Of a stretch of 64,000 bases of DNA, positions 38,559-50,488 are shown piece after piece (the first letter of the stretch is position 1; each line of letters begins with the position of its first letter). The DNA lies in contig NC_068992.1 in the NCBI RefSeq assembly GCF_001194135.2, forward strand, positions 8,101,438 through 8,165,437, in the 5' to 3' direction. The notes beneath the pieces are model-generated. The model saw only the letters and a list, made by a program, of their open reading frames with translations. It was not told the origin of the DNA and did no database searches. The translations under genes were made by a program, and so were the position numbers. This DNA comes from Octopus bimaculoides. Taxonomy: Eukaryota.

Positions 38559-39534
38559 TATGTATGTTGGTGTGTGTATGTGTGCATATATGGATACGTA
38601 TGTAATTACACCTCACAGGCCCGAGTATTTATATATACAAAGTAAGACTGTTTGTGTCTGTCATTAAGCTTTCTTATAGCATTAGTGAGATTGTATCACA
38701 ATCCTCAGTTTCCCTGCCAGGCAGTTTTTAATTTTCAGTGTGTTTGTTGTGTGTTGTATGAATACTTGTGCACTCACACACACACACACGTGTGTGTGTG
38801 TGTGTGTATACATATATACAATCTCTGATACAATAAACAGATCAGTTTATAAATAATTGTAAACCTCAGTGTCCAGATTATTTCACCCCCAGCTAGTATG
38901 ATTTATAAACATTGATTAATTTGGTCATTGAACTCACAGATTATAGCATTATTTGAAATTTAATTCACCTCTGTATTTTTGGCTTTCTAACATGGAGATT
39001 TGCAGTTTGTATTTACTACTGCTATTACTACTACTACTACTAAATAGATGATGTCTGTGCCTCTAAAACTTGTGACCTTATGATGAAGTTATGAAGTTGA
39101 AATTATTGTTATTAAGGAAGGTAGACTTACTGAAGCACTCGTGTTTAGTTGCTCTAATTGACTTGGTCTTTCATCGTTATGGTGTATGTGAATTGATATT
39201 GGAGCATTGCAGTTACATTGGAAGAACCTTTCATAGTGACATAATTAGCAAGGCCGGTGTCTGAAAATATGGATTAGTCGAATTAAATCACATCTTGAAT
39301 CAATATCTGGCTCTTGCATATATGGTCTCTGCTGTTGGGTTTGAACCAGCTCAACTAATCTTCATTGAATGCCAACACAATAAAGTACCGCTCTGGAAGC
39401 GGGTTGATCTAATTAACCCTGTTCCCAAATTTGAGTCCTATGACTGTTAGAAATAATTATTGTTTCTTTTAACTTTTTCTTCTTTTAACCTTACCCACAT
39501 TCTGTAGCTCCCTCTTTCACTCTTACTTCCTGTT

Positions 39535-39690
39535 TCTGTTGTGCCTGTAATTCAAAGGGTCAGTTTTGTCACAATCTGTGTCTCGCTGAATATCCCCGAG
39601 AACGTTAATTTCACGAGCAGGCTGGTTGGGTTGATCGGATCAACTGGAACCCTCGATGTCGTAAGCGACGGAGTGCCAACAACAAACAAC
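39535..39690 (+). mobile_element. 3' portion of a SINE-like repeat (family D) with (CAA)n-like tail
   Basis: cgttaatttcacgagcaggctg is shared in reverse with 43845-43894. Confidence 0.6.
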
Positions 39691-40858
39691 AACATATATA
39701 TGCCTACAACATTGAACAAGTGTTTTTGAATCCGTGTAGGTAACAGAAATTTATATAGGGTCTGTTGGTTACCAACTACCTAAGTACACCAAAAGCCAAG
39801 TAGCATAGTAGGCAGAGTCAGCAGCAACAATAGAAGTTTTTACTTAGTATAATAAGGGTAGGTGTATTATGGCAATTCCTGAGGTCATTCATTACTCAAA
39901 TTATTCAACTTCTCACAGAACTCACTTTTTAAGGGGTACCAACCATTTCCATGTATATATACCTACAGGAGTAGGAAATAGAAGTTTATACAGCTAAATT
40001 TATTCATCCAAAGCCAAATAGCATAGTGGGCAGAGGCGACAGCAACACCAGAACTTTCTATTTTGTATGTAGGGTAGGTAGGTAGGTATATGGTAATTCC
40101 AGAGGTCAGTCATTACTCAGTTTCTGAGGTCATCTGTTACTCAGATTATTCTGGCTCACTCAGAACTGTTTGTTTTTTGCTTTTTTTTTTTTTATAAGTT
40201 TCTTTCTTTTTCCTCACCTGCCACCAAATATTTTTTTTTTTTTTAATTCTGAACCAAATATTTTTCTACTTTCAGTTTTAGCTTATTGTTGTTATTGTTG
40301 CATACTATTCCTCCATCAAACTTCTTCTTTATTCTAGTAGCTATCAGTGTGTATATTTTCAGTAGCATTTCATGTTTTCTGTTGTTTTGTTTTTTTTTTG
40401 TTTTGTTTTTTGTTTTCTTTCCTTTCTGATCTTTTATATAAAATAAATAAATAGAGCGATTTCTTGCCATGTGTCTGCAATTTTGTTTTCCAACCGGCCG
40501 ACTAACTTTACCCTGGGCAGTGGACAACTGCTTATCTCCAAGCATACTTATGCTCCATCGTTCCTCGCTTTTCCGTTGACCAGCCGGATTCTGACTACGA
40601 GGTAATACAATGTTGTTCATCTCCCCCCGTGCATTGACGCTGCATACGCGCATACATACATACATGAACTGTATATATGTATGTGTGTAGTCACTTATAT
40701 GTGTCAGTGTATGCATATTGATTTTTTTTTTTTTTTTGATTAGAAACATTTCCTCCCTATAGAGTGTCTTTAGTTCACTGTGGCTTTTAATATGGACTGT
40801 CTACTTTTTTTTTGGCATATTTAGTCTGTGTGTGTGTGTGTGTCTGTATATGTATATA

Positions 40859-40892
<34 letters not shown>

Positions 40893-41034
40893 CATACACA
40901 CACACTCTATACATATATTAATGAATGTGGGCTATTTTTGTGTGTAGGTATGCATGACTTTTTGAATATAGATGTATGACAGTATGTGTACACGTGTGTA
41001 TGTGTGTGTGTGTGTGTGTGTATACATGTGTGTG

Positions 41035-41074
<40 letters not shown>

Positions 41075-41225
41075 AAATATATTTAGTCATTCTTAATACG
41101 TTCTATCAAATTCAAATGTGAATACCTGATTATTTTTCAGTCCTATATTTAAGAGATGAGGAATTATGCACATTATTTACATTATTTACATTTGACGGAT
41201 ATTTGTCCTTATCTTGTTTGTTGTT

Positions 41226-41271
41226 AACACAACGTTTCGGCTGATATATCCTCCAGCCTTCATCAGGTGTC
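41226..41271 (-). ncRNA. Minimal type-I hammerhead ribozyme motif (intact)
   Basis: Minus strand: GACAC-CTGATGA-A-GGCTG-gaggatatat-CAGCC-GAAAC-GTT-GTGTT; helix I, 5-bp helix II, palindromic AACGTT helix III. Confidence 0.85.
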
Positions 41272-41409
41272 TTGGGGAAATTTCGAACCTGAGTTCTCAT
41301 TCCTAAGGTATTTTTCAATGTTATTATTATTATTATTATTACTATTATTCAGTGGTTAAGAGTGCGGGCTACAAGCCCCAAGATTCCGAGTTCGATTCCA
41401 AGCAGTGAT

Positions 41410-41445
<36 letters not shown>

Positions 41446-41535
41446 TATAATTATTATTATTATTATTATTATTATTATAACAACACCACCAAAAAATACC
41501 TGAGGAATGAGAACCCAGGTTCGAAATTTTCCCAA

Positions 41536-41581
41536 GACACCTGATGAAGGCTGGAGAGTATATCAACCGAAACGTTGTGTT
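41536..41581 (+). ncRNA. Minimal type-I hammerhead ribozyme motif (one helix II mismatch)
   Basis: GACAC-CTGATGA-A-GGCTG-gagagtatat-CAACC-GAAAC-GTT-GTGTT. Confidence 0.78.
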
Positions 41582-42544
41582 AACAAACAAGATGAGGACA
41601 AATATCCATCAGATGTAAATAATGCTGATTATTTAGAAGATCTGTGTTCATCATGCAGGTTCCACTGATGTAATGTATGTTTGAGACACCGTAGTGTTTC
41701 TTCTACCCTGTTGTGTCTACTCACTCACAGCTACCTTGCTGAACTGATGAATCTGACAAGCGCACGAGCTCGTGTTTGCATGCTGATGTCTGCCAAATAG
41801 ATGATAGTTAACGAGGTGAATGCAGAATAGTGAGAATCGAAACACTAATTTACCTGTTCGTTAGGGCCAGCAGGGGAGTTTCAACTGAGGAGACACACCA
41901 TAAGGTTGAAAGAGCATGTCTCAAAGTCCCCTTACACCAGTAAACCGTGTGTGTTATGAACATACATTGCCTTAAGAAAGGAGGTGTTCTTTGTTGGATT
42001 ATATATATACACACACACCTATGTATGTATAGAAACATACACATGCATTCATACATAGATTTAGGCAGATATAAACAATAGCTCAAAATAGTTTTATTGT
42101 GCGATTTTGCTGTTCATTTGGTTCCTTCTTGGTTAAAACTTGTATCTGATGAAGGTATGAAGTAGGGCTCAGTGAGACTGCTTTGGTGCTTCAGGACAAT
42201 TAGAATTGCCTGACTATTTCATTTTTAATAACTTGGCTTTTTTCTCTTGGCTATTTTTCTTTGTTTTTACATACTTTTTGTTCTTTTTGGCTTTTTACTT
42301 TTCGTCTCAAATGGTAAGATCGTAAGAATATTAGAATTGGCACAAGTATGGACAAAACACTTTTACATCATGAGTTTGAATCCTTCCTAAGTTGGCTTTT
42401 ACATTTTGTCCTTCCAGGATCAATGAAATAAAGTTCCAATTAAGTATTGGAGAGCAATCTTATTGACTTTCCCCATCTGCACCAAAACTAAGGCTTTATT
42501 TGAGTCCATGTTAGAAATTATTATCATTATTGTTGTTGTTATTA

Positions 42545-42903
42545 TGGTGGTAAGCTGGAGGAATTGTTGTTAGCTTGTTGAGCAAAATGCCAAGCAGCAT
42601 TTTGCTTATCTTTACGTTCTGAGTTCAAATGCTGCCAGGGTTGACTTCGCCTTTCATCCTTTTTTGGGGTTGATAAAATAAGTACCAGTTAAGCACTGGA
42701 GTTGATCTATTCAACTTTACTCCCCACCCCAAATTACTGGCTTTGTGCCAAAATTTGAAACCAGTGTTCTTATTATTTCAAATTCTGCTGAGATTGACTT
42801 AGCCTTTAGGGATTGATAAATTGAGAACCAGTCGAAAACTGAGGTTCAGGTAATCAACTAGACCCCTCTCCAAATTTCAGGCCTTCTAACTATAGTGGAA
42901 AGG

Positions 42904-42925
<22 letters not shown>
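42545..42925 (+). mobile_element. Two tandem family C SINE copies ending in (ATT)n
   Basis: Repeated gttgactt..gccttt..gataaa..agtaccag central domain. Confidence 0.68.
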
Positions 42926-42939
<14 letters not shown>

Positions 42940-44823
42940 TTCCTTGTCATCAATGGTAAGATGGCTGTTTTATTATTTTTTTTTTAATTTTTATTTATCG
43001 ATGCCAGCTGCTTGCAATAGGAACCAAGCATCGTATTGTGATTCTGGTTCCAAATATATTTTTAGCTTCTTGTTTATTTTGGATATTTATTTTTTCGGCT
43101 TTGTTTCTTTTATTTTCTGAGACCTTTTTTTTTTTNNNNNNNNNNNNNNNNNNNNNNNNNNNNNNNNNNNNNNNNNNNNNNNNNNNNNNNNNNNNNNNNN
43201 NNNNNNNNNNNNNNNNNNNNNNNNNNNNNNNNNNNNNNNNNNNNNNNTCTCCCTCCACCACCACCACCACCACCACCATCACAGGATCCACCCACTTGCT
43301 GTAGGATCCTCTCTTCCACTATGTAAATCCAGAAGATATTTGGTGGTACTCCAGCTGAAAATATATATAAATGAATAGATATTGCTTCAGCTTCAGCCTT
43401 ACTTTCTCTTCATAATTCACTTTGCTTTAATTGTACAGCACTGGGAAATTGCAATGGAAGCAAATTTCGCTCGAGTTCTGTTAGCTTAGCTCTATTTTTG
43501 GTTGTTTTACGCATGGCTTTTGATTACATTTCAGTTTGCTAGCAGATTTATTTTCACTATATTTTACTGTTGTTTTTAATTACATTATATATGTGTTTAT
43601 ATACACATACACTCGTATATTTATTCACTTATACAGTTTGTCTGTGTGTATATATATATAATGCATTATTGGAAGCTTATATATTTGCAATAATTATTAT
43701 ATAAATAACTATATTATATATAATTATATGTATGGGTATAGTGTTACATATTACTATAAACATAGTTTCTCCTAGAGATAATTATATAAATAACTAGTGT
43801 GTGTGTGTGTGTGTATATATATATACATATATATNNNNNNNNNNCGGAACAGCCGGCTCATGAAATTAACGTGCAAGTGGCTGAGCACTCCACATTTTGA
43901 ATGAGATGTCTCTTACTTGAAATGCAGATAAGAATTAGCAACAAGAGCATCCAATTACAAAACCCATGCTGGAATGGAAAAACAGCAGATGTAAAAATTA
44001 GTAAACATCTTTTCTTTGTCTCTCTCCTTTATTCTTTTTATTAAATTTCTTTGAAGAAGCAAAATAGCTAATTTAGAAAATCTCAATAAGTGATGAAAGT
44101 AGTAACTATACTAAGAATTAATGTTTATCGCCACATCAATATGGCTGTTCAAGGATCTGGCGGAGAATCTGCCTGGGGTCAAAATGGTAGTAATGTTGAA
44201 TGGCCATATTGGTGTGACAATAAACATTATTCCTTTGAAGAAAAAAAACTCAGTAATTATTTACTTTACTCTCCAAGTCAACTTGTCATCTTTCTGAAAT
44301 CATGAAAATATACTCAAATTTTCTGATACAGGATTTAACCTAATCAGCTATAAGCTCTTGAAGCCAGTGCTCCATTATCGCAAGAGCCCAGTGTCTGTAA
44401 CCAGTAACAACTGTTGTCTGGCAGACTATATGAATTTCTTGCAGTTCTATTTGTTTTCTCCAAAGCTTCAGGCCTTTGCTTCTGTGCCTATGCCAAAAGC
44501 TGAGTATTCATCCTATTGTTTGCTGAAAAGTTTGTGATAGTTTGTCTTCTAACAGTGCTTGGTTTGTGAGATTTATTTCTTGGGAATAGCATCATTTTTC
44601 TGATCTAGAATTTCACAAGCAAAAATGGAGAACTTTGCACACTGCTCAACTATATGCTAAAATAATGTGTGTGTGTGTGTGTGTGTGTATACACATACAA
44701 TTCTAAAAGGAAAATTAGAGGGAAAGGAAACAAAGATAAAAATTCCACCATTGTATTTCAGATGCGATCTTAGGAAATCCTGATTAAATTAACACTTCAG
44801 AAAAAGCCAGTTTTGTAGTTGGA

Positions 44824-44859
<36 letters not shown>

Positions 44860-44988
44860 TGCTGCTTATATATGCAGTATAGATGTTGACTACTAGAAAT
44901 TGAAAATGGGTTAGTTTTTCCTTTTGTTTCTTTTCCTTTCCCCTTCAGCTTTGAAGATGAAAAAAAGGGAGAGGAAAGAGAGAGAGAG

Positions 44989-45019
<31 letters not shown>

Positions 45020-45371
45020 AAGAAAAGACTTCATGCAGGATTGTAAGCTGTTCAAAGCAATGATGATTTATCCATTCTGGTGATGTTTGACTGTTACAGG
45101 TGGAATGGCAACTTAGTTAGGGATTTATTTAGCCTATAATTGTTTCTCCTTCTCCATATTCATCGAGCTCTAATCTGGAGTTCTGTGTAATTGGAGGATT
45201 TCATGGAAATTTCTTTTTTAAGACCAGTCTTAGACTGATTCACCTACTAATCATTATTTAATAGTTCACATGAGATATACCAGTGTGTGTGTGTGTGTGT
45301 GTGTATCATTATTATATATATACATACACATGTATATGTATGTGTGTATGAAAATACACTGAAAGAAGCCC

Positions 45372-45416
<45 letters not shown>

Positions 45417-45481
45417 CATTATTATATATATACATACACATGTATATGTATGTGTGTATGAAAATACACTGAAAGAAGCCC

Positions 45482-45525
<44 letters not shown>

Positions 45526-45937
45526 GAAAGGTAGATGCATGTATGTGTTCATGTGTTCATGTTACTATCTCCTTTGCTGTGATTTTGCATGATGTCTGAT
45601 CATCATTATCGTTTAACATCCATTTTCCTTGCTGGCATGAGTTAGATGGTTTGACCAGTGCTGGAGGGCTATACCAGTCTCTTTTGGCTTGTTTCTATGG
45701 CTGGATGCTCTTCTTAATGCCAATTTTTCATGGAGAAATACTACCTTGCTTGGAAACTGGTGAGGATTGATGGTAGGATGGGCATCCAGCTGTAGGAAAT
45801 CCACCTTAACAAAATTCTGTCCAACCCATGCATGTATGGAAAAGTGGACATTGCACTGATGATTGTGTGTCTTTGTGTGTCTTTGTCTTGATACCTCGTG
45901 CTAATTAACAAACATGATTATTATTATTATTATTGTA

Positions 45938-46400
45938 AAAGGCAGCGAGCTGACAGAATTGTTAGTGCATTGAACACAATGTTCAGCAGCATTTCTTCCA
46001 ATCGTGTTCTCATTTCTAATTCCACCAAAGTTGACTTTTCCTTTTATCCTGTTAAGGTCAGTAAAATAAGTACAATTTGAGCCTAGGGTTGAAGTAATCA
46101 GTTATCCCATCTTCTAAAATTGCTGGTCTTATGCCGAGATTCGAAGCCATTATTATCATTATTACTATCTTAGGTAGTGAACTAGCAGAATCGTTAGTGT
46201 GTCAGGTAAAATACTTGCAGAATTTCTTCCAGCTCTTTAACATTCTGAGTTCAAATCCACCAAGGTCAACTTTACCTTTCATCTTTTCAGGGCTCAATAA
46301 ATAAAGTATGGATTCAGTAGTGGGGGTCATTGCAATTGATTTACCCACTCCCTCTAAAATCACTAGCCTTCTTACAAAATTTGGAAGAATTATTGTTATC
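45938..46400 (+). mobile_element. Two tandem family C SINE copies
   Basis: Heads ggcagcgagctgacagaattgttag (45941) and ggtagtgaactagcagaatcgttag (46172). Confidence 0.68.
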
Positions 46401-46804
46401 TTCTCTAACACTGAGTTTTACCATCTTCATCATTATTATAGATAACCTCAACTTGATGAAATAAGATTGCTTGTCTAATTAATTACGAGACTATGGAGCA
46501 GTCAATCTATAAATGGACCTCTGTGTTAGTGGTTTCACAAAACCCTTTTTTTTTCTGTCCTTTAAGGGATGCCACAGTTAAATTAAATCCCCCATTCCTG
46601 CATGTTAGTCAGCACTTGTTGCATGAATAGCTCGGTCTTTCCTTTAGATTCTTTAGGATGTTTTTTTTAAAAATATTTTTATTTTGTTTCAATACCACCA
46701 CTGCTACCACCACCACACATTTTCCACTCTCACCAAACTGTCATTAACAACTGCTTTCAGCTTTATATATTACTATATTACTGTTGTTGTTGAAGCTATT
46801 ATTA

Positions 46805-46844
<40 letters not shown>

Positions 46845-47699
46845 CATTATGTTGAAATTAAAGAAATTATTGCCTCCAGGACCAACTTTTCCTTTTGTCT
46901 TTGCATTTGAAGCCAGCAATCAACTGGTCCTTGTCAACTGTTTTTATATATTTACAGCTTCACATAAGATAAAATTAAGTTCTTGTCAAGTACTGGAGTT
47001 GGTCTAATCAGCTCTACCTTCTAATATTTGTGGCAAATTTGTTAGAAATCACTATTAGTTCAGTTCCAAAATTTACACCTAATTTAACTTTGTCATTTAT
47101 CCATTCCTGCACAGTAAAATGAAGTACCACCTTGAATTAACTACTCTCTTTCTCCCCATAATTGTGGTCTTGGGCCTATGTTAAAAGTCATTGGTATGGT
47201 ACAATCTGGAGAATGCCAGATTTAATTTAATGATTTATAGTGTTTTATTTTTTGTTTTACCATTCTTATCTAAAACAGCCACAGTTTAATTTGTCATCTT
47301 TCTCGGGTTCATAAGTACTTGTAATACACTGGGGGAATGTATTAGCTGTATCTCTTCCCCACTGCCAAAAGTGATCTTGTATCAAATAAGAAAAATAAAA
47401 AGGTCAGTGTTGTTGTTGTTGGTAATGGATTGGCAGAATTATAATGTTGTTAGATAATATGCCTTATAGTATTATTAAGTGCATATTCCACCAGGTTTCT
47501 GTGTAGGATCACTAAACTGATTAAAAGTCAAATAGTAGGCTCAATTTACTACCCTTCCTCCACAAAGCAATAATTGGTACTTTGGGGCTGAATAAAAATC
47601 TGTGTTGACTGCCTTTCAACCTTGTAGGTTCGTGCAATAATTAACAGAGAAATGATGGCAGTTCTTAATACCCAAAGATCATGAAGAAGAGTGGCAAAC

Positions 47700-47990
47700 C
47701 TTTAAGCAGTAAGCCAATCCTTGAACAACTGGCTCTGGCATACTTGGGGGTGTCGAGATGATGACTCTTTCTTATCTGCCACTGTTTTTCTGGCCTTCTC
47801 AAAATTGTAGTGATCTTGATGCAATTTTGCCACACCTCCCTCACACCCTGTGGGATCTATGCCTGGGTGAGCTGGAATTTCAGCCGGTCTTTCTACAGGA
47901 AACAGGTCAAGCTGCTGGAACACTTCCACTAGAGATACCTTTGCTCCATCATGGCCATCTCATAGAAGGAACATATCACTAAAAATATAG
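47700..47990 (-). mobile_element. Decayed RTE-type LINE ORF2 C-terminus (second lineage)
   Basis: A minus frame with stops reads ...KDRLKFQLTQA*IP...ARASCSRIGLL, resembling the RTE terminal KD.LK...C.SRIGL.SH pattern. Confidence 0.5.
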
Positions 47991-48499
47991 CATGAAAATA
48001 CTGAGGTTAATCTATCTAATCAACTCTATCCACCTCTAAAATTTGTGGCTTTGGGCTACCAACCTTAGAAATTATTATTGCTTCATTATTTCTGTAGTAT
48101 TTTCTCTTTGTAATTTTATACTAGAATTGTAAGGATGATTTGAATTTTTTTTACTTTTGTTCTTGATATTTTTACTTTTCAGTTTCCAATATTTCAGATG
48201 CCATTAGTACTGAGAGTAATAGATTATTTAATGTGTATTTTGTATTTCATATTCGCAAATACAGTTCTTGCTTGGTTTGTATTGCAGTTGAATCAACTAT
48301 TTCTTTACCTCTCAGAAAAATCGTCCCTATCCCAAGAATGAAAAAAAATGCTGAATTCTATATTTTTATTATTAGACTATTGACAAGGACAGTAACTGGC
48401 AGAATTGCTTGGCAGCATTTCTTCTGGCTTTTTATGTTCTGGATCCTATAAAGGAGCTGTTGTGGTAGCAGACCACGAAACATGGTTGAAATTCCTGTT

Positions 48500-48840
48500 G
48501 TTGTTGTTTAGCCCCAGGCTATAAGTACTAGCCTTTCTGCCTGGAAATATAGAAGAGAAACTAGGCAATGGGTCCACTACTTTTTCTGATCTTTGCTGAT
48601 GTGACCCCTACTGCTCAAAAGACCTTGCAAACTTCACTGTTCTATAACTACTGTGCTTGCTTGAAAGAAATGAACCTCCGGTCACCCTGGACACTTATGA
48701 CCAAAAATATTCCAGTTACAATCATCCTGGCCTTTTTTTTTTTTACAAGTATAATGTATCAAGGGTTACTTTGTCCAATGTGTACTTTTTTTGCAGACAG
48801 TTGAGAGTGGCTAGAGGGAGTTTGGCTGTTATTTCTTAGA
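48500..48840 (+). repeat. Unclassified dispersed repeat (family E)
   Basis: gtttagccccagg...gggagatttggctgctatttctagcagg-like sequence recurring near 7050, 10660, 17340, 23410, 29160 and 53545. Confidence 0.55.
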
Positions 48841-50441
48841 TGTGAAGCAAACTATGTAGAGATTCCTACGTTACCTTGTTTAGTGTTTCTCATTGAATGT
48901 AATGAATGATCTCGGCTGTTTACTGACCATTAACTTTATTTACAATGTCTTTTTTTTCTTTTTCTGTTCTGTGATTTATTGCTACAATTATTTATGATGA
49001 TGATGATGATAATAATAACAACAATAATAATAATAATAATAATAATAATGATGATGGTGGTGATGATAACGATCTTAGCAGGAGTGCTTGAAGCATAAAA
49101 TATAAAGTTTAATTTGCTAATGAATATTTTCTCCCTGACACACACACACACACTCTCCCCTATCTCCCCCCTCTCCCCTATCTCCCCCTTCTCCCCCGCT
49201 CTTGGAAGATTTGCAGTTATTTGTTTATTGTTTATTATTAGTTTGAATTTTTTTGCCTTTTGTAATGAAAGTCTGTTCAATAAGATTTGATTTTTGTGTG
49301 TGCGTCTGTCTGTCTGTCTCTCTTCCTTTCTTCATAATTTTACCAAAGGATTTAAAGGGTAAATATTGTTCTTTTTATTTATGGAGAAATGTTTAATATT
49401 TACAATTGAGAGAAAATGGATATTTTTAACTAATTGCTTTCTCTCTGCTGTATGGTAGAGAGATAGCACCTGAGCCAGCCAGGCTGACTAACTGGATGGT
49501 TCAAGTGAGGGAGAGATTCTGCTCCCAATGAGCATGACCTAATGATGACCCTGACTAAGATTAAATAGATGACCTTTGACATTGTATGGTCTACTTTCAA
49601 TGGAAGCCGTGAGTTAACAAATGTAATTTCTGCATTTCTGCGAAGGTTTTCTTCTTGCACATTACGTAACATAGCAAATGATAATGGTAATAACATTTCA
49701 CAGCAAATCTTATATATACACATACATACATACATACATACATACATGTATGTATGTGTATATATATATAGATATGTGTGTGTGTGTGTATTTTCATATG
49801 CATACATACTTTCATATATGTTGTCTCTGCTTGAGAAAAAGAGAAACAGAAGGTATGGACTATCTAAATCACTATTACTGTTTCTACAACTTAAATTTGT
49901 ATAGAAAATATTTTGCTTGCATTAAACCACTTAAAGGTTTACTTTCAATGCTGCAGTTATTTATGAAGTCAATTACGACTGAAGTTTCGAGTAAAGTTCG
50001 TCCATGATTGAAACACTCAAACCTTTATCAGCAGCGTTCTCGGACTATTTCATTAAAATCTATGGCTTGGTTTGCATCTCTCAAGTTCAATTATGAATCC
50101 CAATCTTCTGTGTTGTTGACAGCTCTTGAAAGACTAATTATTATCATCACCAAGCCTGCCATTATCTGCTGTCTTTGTTATTACTGTTCTTAGTCAGTTA
50201 GACGTTGGCCATGCTGGAGCACCAGTTTCCAGTGTTTTAGTGCAATGGTTCACAAGCTTTTTTTTGCACCATAGACCTGTTTTATGCTAGACGGTTTTTT
50301 TTTCGGTGGGTTAAGGAATCCTGCTCATAACGAAATGCAATAAAGTGCATATTTTTTTTTTACTACTTTTTTCAGTTATTTGACTGTGGTCATCGTGGAG
50401 CACCACCTTAAGGGGTTTTAGTTGTACAAATCAACCCCAGG

Positions 50442-50488
<47 letters not shown>

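Larger units (their letters stand above)
41136..41624. mobile_element. Inverted-repeat Penelope-type/SINE element carrying two hammerhead motifs, 10-bp TSD
   Basis: Arms 41138-41352 and about 41412-41624 are reverse complements; CTGATTATTT direct repeat at 41126-41135 and 41625-41634. Confidence 0.85.

Noticed and set aside
38775-38804. 30-bp perfect palindrome (CA)n-CG-(TG)n
   Set aside because: Simple abutting microsatellites; expected in this repeat-rich genome.
41351-41412. tRNA gene
   Set aside because: Lacks the 5' acceptor and D stems and a proper 3' end; it is a SINE-type head, reported under findings.
41731-41800. Phase-2 acceptor followed by YLAELMNLTSARARVCMLMSAK*
   Set aside because: No SNX similarity, ends in a stop, no donor support.
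42146-42185. CTGATGAAGG as another hammerhead
   Set aside because: No helix II closure or GAAA downstream.
45304-45523. Identical 110-bp tandem duplication
   Set aside because: Bounded by (GT)n tracts within SINE-derived sequence; slippage or assembly artefact likely.
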